From positions 27,714,001-27,778,000 of the forward strand of contig OZ024756.1 of NCBI GenBank assembly GCA_964016885.1: 64,000 nucleotides of DNA, in the 5' to 3' direction. Below, piece after piece: positions 1 to 11,010 of the stretch. Under the pieces are notes generated by a model. It had not been told where the DNA came from. It ran no database searches and saw nothing but the letters and a program-made list of their open reading frames with translations. The position numbers were made by a program, and so were the translations under genes. The number at the start of each line of letters is the position of its first letter. The first letter of the stretch is position 1. Origin of the DNA: Eledone cirrhosa (taxonomy: Eukaryota).

Positions 1-399
1 AGCAGCTGCCTTGGTTCCCAAAGTCTGATATTCATCCCCTCCACATCCACCCCTTCCACCCCTTATCTCCCTGCTCTATCTCTCTTAAGTCTCTGTTCTT
101 CTTTCTTTTTAATCTTCCTTCTTCTCTCCTCTCCCCTCCCTTCTCTAATATCATCTCTCTCTCTTTCTCTCATCTCTCATCTCTCCTCTCTCTCTTCTCT
201 CATCTCTCCTATCTTCCCCTCTCTCTTACTATCATCTCTCCTATCTCACGTCGTCCTCTCACACCCTTATCTCTCCTCTCTTATTTCCCTTCTCTCTTTC
301 CTCTCTCTTTTTCTTTCTTCTCTATTTCCCCCTCTCTCTTTTCCCTCCTCTTCATAAACCCCTCTCCCTAATGTTTCTCTGTATGTGGTTGTATGTGAA

Positions 400-571
400 G
401 GTATATATGTATATATATATGTATATATATTATATACATACATATATATATACATATACATATATATATACATATATATATATACATATCATATTATACA
501 TATATAACACATATATATATACATATATATATAACACATATATATACATATATACACATATATATATATAC

Positions 572-618
<47 letters not shown>

Positions 619-878
619 GATATATTGCATATTATATATACATATATACATATACATATATATATATATACATATACATATCTATATATACATATATATA
701 TATACACATACATATATATATATATACATATATTTGTATGCATACATATATATATATATTTTGTATATAACATATAACTAGAGTATATATACATATATAC
801 TAGAGTATATATATATATGTTATAACATATATACTAGAGTATATATATATAATATGTATATATACATATATACTAGAG

Positions 879-911
<33 letters not shown>

Positions 912-1276
912 GTATGTATGTATATATGTATGTATGTATATATATATGTATGTATAATATATGTATGTATATATATATATGTATATATATATGTATGTAT
1001 ATATATATGTATGTAAACATATATATATATGTATGTATACATATATATTTATGTATACACATATATATATGTTACACATATAATATGTATGTATACATAT
1101 ATATATATATGTATGTATACATACATTTATATAAATATGTATGTATACATATATATATATATATGTATACATATATATATATATGTATACATACATTTAT
1201 ATAAATATATGTATGTATACATATATATATATATATGTATGTATACATACATTTATATAAATATATGTATGTATAC

Positions 1277-1308
<32 letters not shown>

Positions 1309-1418
1309 ACATATATATATGTATGTATACATACATTTATATAAATATATGTATGTATACATACATATATATATATGTATACATAAATATATATATGTAT
1401 ACATATATATATATATAT
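400..1418. repeat. (TA/CA/TG)n microsatellite desert
   Basis: Low-complexity AT/AC tract. Similar tracts lie at 8580-9150, 9437-10005, 35580-35812, 36265-36480, 37335-37757, 52857-53225 and 61550-62640. Confidence 0.97.
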
Positions 1419-1807
1419 CCCCTTTTCGAGGTGCGCATCGTCGTCGGCGGCAGCGTCAGCGGATTTGCCATTCTGTGACGACACACACACACACACACAC
1501 AGACACACACACACACACCACACACACACACATATATATAAGAAAAAGAGGGGTTGGGAACGCTCCCTCTTCCCCTCTGTCATCTGTTGCTCCACATAAC
1601 CACTGTAACCCACCACTACAAATATTTCTACCCTCAGTGATTACCTCCCTTCTCCCTCAGAGAGAGATATACATATAGATAGAAAGAGAGATAGCGACTT
1701 CTGCTAGACACAGCAAACACTTGTGGGACCTTGACTCAATTTGGCTTGTTAGTTTTTTCCAAGTTTCTTCTTCAATCAGCATTCTTGTGATTTTTTCCAC
1801 CAAAAAA

Positions 1808-1810
1808 ATG
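1808..1810 (+). CDS. PCBD1: Pterin-4-alpha-carbinolamine dehydratase (PCD/DCoH), exon 1 (start Met only)
   Basis: AAAATG is followed directly by a GTATGT donor. The phase-0 join to exon 2 gives [11 protein letters not shown]. An ATG-only first coding exon is also the vertebrate PCBD1 arrangement. Confidence 0.7.
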
Positions 1811-2024
1811 GTATGTCCCCCAAAATTTTCACTTCTATTTTCTTAATTAAACATTTATGTTTATTTTCCAAGGTTTAAATTATAAGTAGTTGTTTGTATT
1901 TTCAAGTTTTTTTTATTTTTCTTGTGGTGTGGTTGGTCTTTTTAGGCATTAGAAAGTGGCCATGCTGGTGCAAAATTTTCTCGAGTATAGTTGATTATGT
2001 TAATTAGATGTGTATTATTGTTAA

Positions 2025-3014
2025 CCCTTTAGGGCACTACCATGCTAATAGCTGTCAGAAGTGAAAGTTTCGTCAACCTTCTCAATCGTAAACATCGTTT
2101 ATTTCCGTATTACCACGCGTTATTCCCGCCGAGGTTAACTTTGCCTTTCATCCTTACGGGGTCGATAAAGTAAAGTACCAGTAATGCTGTAATTGCTGGC
2201 CTTGTGCCAAAAGTAGAAACAGTTATTTTAATAAAGCATATCGATGTAAGTGGAGTTACTTAAATGAAAATATAGGTGGCCCTTAAAAGGGCCAAAATTA
2301 GAAAACAAGTCATGGTTATCAAATAAATTGGATTTAATCATTTATATTTTCATAGAGATGGTTATCAATTTCATGTATAGGGGTGGTGAACAAAATTTGA
2401 TAACTATATATTTGTTTTCTAATTTGGCCCTTTTAAGGGCCACCTATATTTTCATTTAAGTTAACTCCACTGTTGGTGAAAATGACTCGTTTTCTACATT
2501 GATAACCATGACTATGAAAATATAAATGATTAAATCCAATTTATTTGATAACCATGACTTGTTTTTCTAATTAACTTAAATTTGTTTTCTAATTTGGCCC
2601 TTTTAAGGGCCACCTATATTTTCATTTAAGTAACTCCACTTACATCGATATGCTTTATTAAAATAACGCATGGTAATACGGAAATAAAGGATGTTTACGA
2701 TTGAGAAGGTTGACGAAACTTTCACTTCTAACAGCTAATAGCATGGTAGTGCCCCCTTGACAGCTAATAGCATGGTAGTGCCCCCTTTAGTTACCAGCCT
2801 GGCTAAAACTGGCTCTGGTACTATGAAATAAAACTACCCACTTTAAAGGTTTCTAATTTAAGTAAAAATCTTCTAATATAATTTTATATAAGAACCTTAC
2901 ATTAAGTTACTATTTTAGTAATGAAATAATTAATAATTTTAGTAAATCCCTCGAAATACTTCATTAATTAATTAAAATAGAGTGTATTTCAATAGAAATG
3001 TAGTCATGAAAGGG
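2025..3014. mobile_element. piggyBac-type MITE (TTAA-CCCTTT...AAAGGG-TTAA) hosting a nested palindromic MITE
   Basis: TTAA at 2021-2024 and 3015-3018 flank CCCTTT/AAAGGG termini. Confidence 0.55.
2033..2782. mobile_element. Palindromic MITE, Merlin-like (GG termini, 8-bp TSD CCCTTTAG)
   Basis: Long inverted arms GGCACTACCATGC.../...GCATGGTAGTGCC; CCCTTTAG is duplicated at 2025-2032 and 2783-2790. Confidence 0.65.
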
Positions 3015-3500
3015 TTAAGAAGCTAAGTAAGAGGATGTGTTTGTTTTTGTTAATTCAGTCATTTGACTGTGACCATGCTGGAGTATTGTATTGTCTTCAA
3101 GAATTTTACTGTTATTTGTTAATTTTAGATTTGAAATTTTTAGGAGAGAAATATTGGTAGTTTTGAGTTAGGTCCAGCTTTATTTTTACAGATTTTTTTT
3201 TTAGGTTTTTTTTTTGTTGTTTTTTGTTTCTGTCAATGGACTCTGGTCATGCTGGTCATCCTTTAAGCATTTAATTGATTATACAGGGTCTTTCAATAGT
3301 CACTAACTATTTGGAATAGTAATAAGTGTACCAAAATAGGTAGTAACATTTGTGACATCTTGTGTCATCAATCCCAATACCCCCCTCCGTATATATTTTA
3401 TTGACCCCAGATTTATGAAAGGTGATGCATTTTGTCTGACCTCAACAAATCCTGCCTTCAGATTTAAAAAAAGTTCTTATATATATATATATATATATAT

Positions 3501-4336
3501 ACAATATATTTAGAAACACACAGATACATGCGGACACACACATATATACATGAATGCATCCGCACCCAACTGTGAGTTAAGGGTGCCAACTTCACCGATG
3601 TTGCTCAATGAATGACCGGGACAGACCAATTCAGTTGAACTAGACTGAACCAGTATCAGAGTTAAAAATACATTATGAAGAGAGAAGGAACATTTAGATA
3701 TAATTAGTAATAAAATGTATCATACCTAAACTGTTCCTAAATTCCTCGACTACGTAGTTTCGTGGCATAAACAAAAACAATATATCATAAAGATATAGAG
3801 TCCCTGCGAGGTCTGCCGACTTATCAAGAGGATACCTCATTTTACTAGTCTCAAGAACGCGTCTACACGACGTGAGAAAGAATCCCAAAAGGCGGAGGGG
3901 GAGATAGTCACGCGATATAACGGTCGAGAAACAGAGCTAAGCCTCTTATAACCACGAAGAAAATACCACGGAGGCGGAGGGGGTATTCATATCGAGGCCG
4001 CAGAAGAGGTGGTGAAGAAGGCTAGAAGTATGAGTAATGGAAGCTTTCCAGTTGTCCCCACACTTCAAAGATTGCTCGACCAGAGGGAGTTATTAACAAT
4101 ATATTTAGAAAACACACAGATACATGCGGACACACACAAATATACATGAATGCATCCGCACCCAACTGTGAGTTAAGGGTGCCAACTTCACCGATGTTGC
4201 TCAATGAATGACCGGGACAGACCAATTCAGTTGAACTAGACTGAACCAGTATCAGAGTTAAAAATACATTATGAAGAGAGAAGAAACATTTAGATATAAT
4301 TAGTAATAAAATGTATCATACCTAAACTGCTCCTAA
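3501..4336 (-). mobile_element. Retrozyme/Penelope-pLTR-like non-autonomous element (596-nt period, ~1.4 copies)
   Basis: Direct repeat 3501-3740 = 4096-4336, an internal hammerhead, and (TA)n on both flanks. Confidence 0.65.
3743..3832 (-). ncRNA. Type I hammerhead ribozyme, U3-A8 core variant
   Basis: Minus strand: stem I UCCUC/GAGGA; core UUGAUAA; stem II GU(C)GGCA/UGCCAC; GAAA; palindromic stem III ACUACGUAGU; GUC cleavage triplet. Confidence 0.75.
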
Positions 4337-4921
4337 TATATATATATATATATACATACACACACATATATAGAGGGTGTCCCCAAAAATGTATACATAC
4401 TTCACCATTATAATCAAAGTGTATACATTTTGGGGGGGACATCTTGTATATTAAAGGGTTTATATTGTTGCTGTTCTTGATCAAATGATCTCAACTGTCA
4501 CCTCTAAAAATGGGGTAGTATTTGTATATGTTGTTGTTATCATTATTATTATTTTTGTTGTTGCTGGCATAGAGTTACGTCCATTTACATTCTGAGTTCA
4601 AATCCTGCTGAGGTTAACTTTGCCTTTCATCATTACAGGATTGATAAAATATAGCCCCAGCAATGAATTGGGGTCAATTTAATTGACTTTCCCTTTCCCA
4701 AAAATTGCTGGCCTTGTGCCGAAATCAGAAACCATTATTATTGTTGTTGTTGGCATAGAGATACATCCCTTTACGTTCTGAGTTCAAATCCTGGCCTTGT
4801 GCCGAAATCAGAAACCATAAATTTATTTTTTTGGTGCTTAGTAAGTTTGAAAATGCCAGCTTCACACATGACAAATGATAATAAATATAAATGCTTATTT
4901 CTTAACTTCCTTTCTTCACAG

Positions 4922-5062
4922 GCAGCTGAGAAAGAGAAATCATCAAAACTGACCAGTGAAGAAAGGGATGGAGTTCTTGAACCTTTAATGAAAGATGGAT
5001 GGACCCTTGTCAAAGGAAGAGATGCCATCTACAAGGAATTTGTCTTTAAGAACTTCAATCAG
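4922..5062 (+). CDS. PCBD1: Pterin-4-alpha-carbinolamine dehydratase, exon 2
   Basis: TTCACAG acceptor; [47 protein letters not shown]; GTATT donor; 141 nt. Confidence 0.93.
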
Positions 5063-5504
5063 GTATTCTTAATTTACCTTTTCTTTCATAATCATCACCA
5101 TCAGCTAGATTATCTTTACATATACTGGAATAGGTTGATTGGGTCTCTAATTAAATGTATCTTCATTTGTCATCTTTATTTAGTCCCTAGTTCAGTAATG
5201 GGTAAACTGTGGCCCGTGAGCCACATGCAGCCCATTTGGCTTTCTGACATGCCTAATTTTAAAATTACCTTACATTTTTTAGTAGTGGGGTCCACCTTAG
5301 GATGAGCCACATCCTCTGTGGCCCACTGCTTGAGAAACGTTAGCCCATGCCTACTCTAGTTCATTCTAATAGAGCAGATCTTTGGTCCTTAGCCCGTTGA
5401 CTTTAATATGTGCTAGGGATTAGTCCCTAGTTTACTTTGGGTTTTATATATGTTGGGGTTTAGTTGCTAGTTCACTCTAATGGGGCAGACCTTTGGGTTT
5501 CATA

Positions 5505-6083
5505 TATGCTAGGGTTTAGTCCTTAGTTAACTTTAGGTTTCATATATGCTGGGGTTTAGCCCTTAGTTAACTTTAGGTTTCATATATGCTGGGGTTTAGT
5601 CCTTAGTTAACTTTAGGTTTCATATATGCTGGGGTTTAGCCCTTAGTTAACTTTAGGTTTCATATATGCTGGGGTTTAGTCCTTAGTTAACTTTAGGTTT
5701 CATATATGCTGGGGTTTAGCCCTTAGTTAACTTTAGGTTTCATATATGCTGGGGTTTAGTCCTTAGTTAACTTTAGGTTTCATATATGCTGGGGTTTAGC
5801 CCTTAGTTAACTTTAGGTTTCATATATGCTGGGGTTTAGTCCTTAGTTAACTTTAGGTTTCATATATGCTGGGGTTTAGCCCTTAGTTAACTTTAGGTTT
5901 CATATATGCTGGGGTTTAGCCCTTAGTTAACTTTAGGTTTCATATATGCTGGGGTTTAGCCCTTAGTTAACTTTAGGTTTCATATATGCTGGGGTTTAGC
6001 CCTTAGTTAACTTTAGGTTTCATATATGCTGGGGTTTAGTCCTTAGTTAACTTTAGGTTTCATATATGCTGGGGTTTAGTCCC
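5505..6083. repeat. 40-bp minisatellite (~14 copies) in PCBD intron 2
   Basis: Near-perfect tandem of CCTTAGTTAACTTTAGGTTTCATATATGCTGGGGTTTAG[C/T]. Confidence 0.95.
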
Positions 6084-6125
6084 TATTTCATCTTTGCTCA
6101 AAACTATAGAAACTATAACTATTAA

Positions 6126-6346
6126 CCCTTTAGCATTTACATTACTCTATATTTACTATTGTATTTTCACAGCAAAGGCTTTACCTCACATAGTTATCTC
6201 ATATAATATCGAATCTGTGAGATTTTGATATTATGTATTTTGAGAACAATACCTTAACATCAGTTTGAACAGCCAGTTATGGCTGGTTTGAACAGAAAGT
6301 GGTGAGAGAATTCTGGCCGGATATAGCCAGTTTAAATGCTAAAGGG
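6126..6346. mobile_element. piggyBac-type MITE family (~220 bp)
   Basis: TIR CCCTTTAGCATTTA/TAAATGCTAAAGGG with a TTAA TSD. Related copies lie near 26521-26700, 33355-33573, 48051-48261, 48528-48762 and 53723-53930. Confidence 0.75.
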
Positions 6347-6568
6347 TTAAACCTTTTTTTTTTCTTTTTAGCAATAGTGTATTTTGTACTAAATTATTTA
6401 ATACATATTCCCTCCAACAGTAATGTATGGCTTGGGGGAGATTTGGCTGCTACTGTTAGTTGGTCAAGTGGACATGTAGAGGCTTTTCCATTGGTTTGTT
6501 CTGTTATATGATTTAGTGTCAATTGGTGAGGTTTTTATCATGAGTCTTCTGTTCTGATTCTTCAACAG

Positions 6569-6649
6569 TGTTTTGGCTTCATGACACGAATTGCTCTTAT
6601 GGCAGATAAGATGGATCATCACCCTGAGTGGTTTAACGTATATAATAAG
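6569..6649 (+). CDS. PCBD1: Pterin-4-alpha-carbinolamine dehydratase, exon 3
   Basis: CAACAG acceptor; [27 protein letters not shown] contains the catalytic DHHPEW motif; GTATGT donor. Confidence 0.95.
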
Positions 6650-7294
6650 GTATGTATATAATGTGTGTCTGTGTGTATGTATATATATATATATATGTCA
6701 GTGATGTAAACACCACAAAAACCAGTAACATATCAATAGATAGGAAAATACATTTTACACCATCTGATGAAAACATGCCAGGGGGGGGGGGGGATTATTA
6801 TATAACCACTCTAACTTATGTAATAAAATGAAGATGTACGAATAAAACCATCTCTCTTATTTATTATATATATAAACGATGATGATGATGATGATGATAT
6901 AAAGGGACCTTGGCTCCCGAATGGCTCTCATCATGAACAAATTGGTTCACGAGTGTCTGGAGTAATGAACACACAAGCCGGCAACAAGCCGGGAGTATTG
7001 GCAGGAGAGTGTCACTTGCTGTCTAGTTAGTTACTATGATGATATCTATCTATCTATCTTTCACACACAGACACAGTCTTTCTCTCTCTCTACATTTCAT
7101 ATGAGAAAAACAGTTTCGGTTTACTGATGATGATGATGAACATTTCAGGTGATGAACAGCCTTTGGGAACAAATCAAGTTCATTAACCACTCCACAGACA
7201 CTGCTCATATTATAATATAGATTATTTTATTGTGATTATTGTATTTTATGTTTTACGGTTATATATCATTCTCTCTTTTTTTTTTTTATTTCAG

Positions 7295-7396
7295 GTTCAA
7301 ATTACGTTGAGTACTCATGAATTCAGTGGTCTCTCACACCGAGACGTTCGTCTAGCAACCTTCATTCAGAAGGCATCGAAATCGGTTTTTGATTAG
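7295..7396 (+). CDS. PCBD1: Pterin-4-alpha-carbinolamine dehydratase, exon 4 (stop)
   Basis: Poly-T/TTTCAG acceptor; VQITLSTHEFSGLSHRDVRLATFIQKASKSVFD*; total 108 aa; AATAAA at 7859-7864. Confidence 0.93.
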   Translation, partial: VQITLSTHEFSGLSHRDVRLATFIQKASKSVFD

Positions 7397-8102
7397 ACCC
7401 TGTTTCAAATCAGACCCTTTTTCTTTTGCGAGGTTGTCTACTGCTTCTTATTATGCTCACTTAACCTCCATCTCCACACACCAAACACATGGGGCTGGTG
7501 GCTAACATATGTTCACTCCCTACCATCCCCATCCCCTCCCCGCCCCTCACCTTCCCCCACACACCCACACCGTTTCTTGGCAAGCCAAACTGTAGTAAAA
7601 AGGATTCAAACCTGTTTTGCAATATCAGAAAAAGAAAAAAATAGAAACAGATTTCTCTTCTCCGTCTCACAACTGAAAATATGCAATGATTAAATAATGG
7701 TTAATATAATCTCTGTATTCCTGTGTGCCATAAATAAGTGGTAGTAGTACTAGTACTAGTAGTGGTGGTGGCAATGGTGATAGGAAAGTAGGAGGCATAG
7801 TAGTAATAGTAGAGAAACCATTTGTTTCTAGTTCAGTGATAAGGATGTGAAGTGTGTCAATAAAAGAATGTCTCACTACTAACCACTAGCCACATTTCAC
7901 CATGAATCAGCTCCCTTGGTGGTCTAAAGATTAAACCACTGACCATTAAGTTTCACTCACTGGCTGAAAAAAACCCTCTAGACTATTGCGAGAGATTTAT
8001 AAGGAGTGGGTGTATATATATATAAATACACATACACACACATAATAATGATAAAATGCAAAGGCTAGGTGTAGATATTCATAATTAATTTTATTCATAA
8101 TC

Positions 8103-8171
8103 TGCTGTAATACGTATTTCTGAGGTGTTAATGATTATGCAATGCTACCAACACGACTTCATCAGACAGCA
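8103..8171 (-). ncRNA. Hammerhead ribozyme-like motif (type I)
   Basis: Stem I UGCUGU/ACAGCA; CUGAUGA; imperfect stem II (GUGUU/AACAC); GAAA; palindrome AUACGUAU; AUU triplet. Confidence 0.55.
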
Positions 8172-8268
8172 TCAAATTGTTATGTAATTTTTCTAATGCA
8201 ATGCAGGCTATTGATAAGGGGACAAACTTATTTTCAATGTTGCTCTATCAAGAGTCCATCCCCTTATG

Positions 8269-8300
<32 letters not shown>

Positions 8301-8490
8301 CAAGTATTGTTGCTACTATGAGTTTTTACATTTAATTTATGTTGTTCAATCAAGGCAACTTATAAAAATGGATAAACAAGACCAGCAATGACTGAAGTTT
8401 TAGCTTTGACTAAATGAATAAACACTATTTCATGTATTGTGTAGTTTTTCCTCATTGGTTCTACAGCCAAACATTATATATACATGTATG

Positions 8491-8521
<31 letters not shown>

Positions 8522-8659
8522 GATCGTCGAGTATGAAATTTGTAGAAATTTTTTTTCTACAAATTTCATACTTGACGGCCCTATATATATGTGTGTATAT
8601 ATATACATGTATATGTGTGTATATATATATATGTGTATATATATATATATATACACACA

Positions 8660-8701
<42 letters not shown>

Positions 8702-8898
8702 TGTATATATATATGTACACATATACATGTATATGTGTATATATATATATATACATGTATATGTGTATATATATGTACATACATATATATATAAATATGT
8801 ATATGTGTATATATATACATGTATATGTGTATATATATATATACATGTATATGTGTATATATATATATACATGTATATGTGTATATATATGTACATAC

Positions 8899-8937
<39 letters not shown>

Positions 8938-8942
8938 CATAC

Positions 8943-8973
<31 letters not shown>

Positions 8974-8992
8974 AATATATACATACATTTGC

Positions 8993-9081
<89 letters not shown>

Positions 9082-9096
9082 TATACATACATTTGC

Positions 9097-9152
<56 letters not shown>

Positions 9153-9434
9153 TACTGGTCATAAGATAGTCAAGTCACTGCCCAAGTTCATCATACATCA
9201 CCTCAGTTTTGATAAAGGTTTGTTCAACCACTGACCATTCCACTTAATAGATATATCTCTCAGTGGCCTGACCATTTCTTTCTCTCTATAATATATAAAC
9301 TTCATGGTTCTATGGAGATTCTGATCTGATCTGTCATTCATGTCAGTTGATACATATCTTCCAGTGACCTTCCACATTGTGTTTATACTTCTCAAATCAC
9401 CCAGAAGTTTGTCACACTGCTGTTTAACACATAC

Positions 9435-9490
<56 letters not shown>

Positions 9491-9600
9491 CACACACACC
9501 CATATATATGTGCATGCATATATACATATATATACACACACACACATATATGTATGTATGTGTGTATATATATATATATACACACATACATATATATGTT

Positions 9601-9642
<42 letters not shown>

Positions 9643-9745
9643 CACACACACCCATATATATGTGCATGCATATATACATATATATACACACACACATATA
9701 TGTATGTATGTGTGTATATATATATACACACACATACATATATAT

Positions 9746-9834
<89 letters not shown>

Positions 9835-10394
9835 TATATATATGTGTGTGTGTGTATATATATATATCTATATATGTATATTTTGTATAAAGCTATGCTT
9901 GAAGCAAAATCCTATTTCTTTTCTATATATATATACACACACGCATATATATACACACACACATACATATATGTACTTACAGCACACACACACACATATA
10001 TATAGTCATACATAGCCATCAGAGATGCAGTAATTGCTCTTAAGCTCAGTGTTAGATCAGGTTTCCCCAGCCAACAACAACACTGCACATTTCCAGCTGT
10101 ATTTTTAAGGTAATAAAATTCATTGCAGAGAAAAAAAAAATAAAATCAAAATATCAGTTTTATTTATTTGAATGTGTGTGTGTATGTATGTTCTGGTTTT
10201 ATAATTTCACAAATTGTTTCCCAATAGAGAGAGAGTCGGTTTCTAACATAGACACAAGACTCTCTCATTGGAATTTACACATTCATCCTTTGAATTGCAA
10301 GAATGCAGATTTTGAAGGTTCCAGATATCGCAGCCATTTGTTGTTTATGAATTAAAGAACCGAGTTCTTTCCCTACAAATCCATATCCAGTTGT

Positions 10395-11010
10395 ACTTTA
10401 GTGTGAACTGGGTGCTTTTTGTCATGACACCTATATGGTCACTTTACAGTGTGAACTGGGTGCTTTTTGTCATGACACCTACATGGCCACTTTACAGTGT
10501 GGGCTGGATGCTTTTTGTCATGACACCTATATGGTCACGTTACAGTGTGGGCTGGGTGCTTTTTGTCATGACACCTACATGACCACTTTACAGTGGGCTG
10601 GGTGCTTTTTGTCATGACACCTACATGACCACTTTACAGTGTGGGCTGGGTGCTTTTTGTCATGACACCTATATGGCCACTTTACAGTGTGGGCTGGGTG
10701 CTTTTTATCATGACACCTACATGACCACTTTACAGTGTGGGCTGGGTGCTTTTTGTCATGACACCTACATGACCACTTTACAGTGTGGGCTGGGTGCTTT
10801 TTGTCATGACACCTACATGACCACTTTACAGTGTGGGCTGGGTGCTTTTTGTCGTGACACCAACACGATTGCTTTATAATGTGGGCTGAGTGCTTTTTGC
10901 CATGACACCTACACAACCACTTTGCAGTGTGGGCTGGGTGCTTTTTGTCGTGGCACCTACACGGCCACTTTACAGTGTGGGCTGGGTGATTTTTGTCAAG
11001 ACACTTTACA
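10395..11010. repeat. 48-bp minisatellite (~13 copies)
   Basis: Unit CCACTTTACAGTGTGGGCTGGGTGCTTTTTGTCATGACACCTACATGA. Confidence 0.95.

Noticed and set aside
371-1678. Long YI/HT/VC-rich ORFs here and at 8430-10015, 35377-37942 and 61395-62687
   Set aside because: They are translations of (TA/CA/TG)n microsatellites that lack stop codons; there is no protein signal.
4799-5305. 168-aa ORF as a complete gene
   Set aside because: Only 4922-5062 is a PCBD exon; the rest is intronic read-through. The same applies to ORFs at 22465, 48785, 49968 and 58200.
5505-6083. CRISPR-like or telomere-like array
   Set aside because: The units are contiguous with no unique spacers and the context is eukaryotic. 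The TTTAGG-like words do not form (TTAGGG)n.
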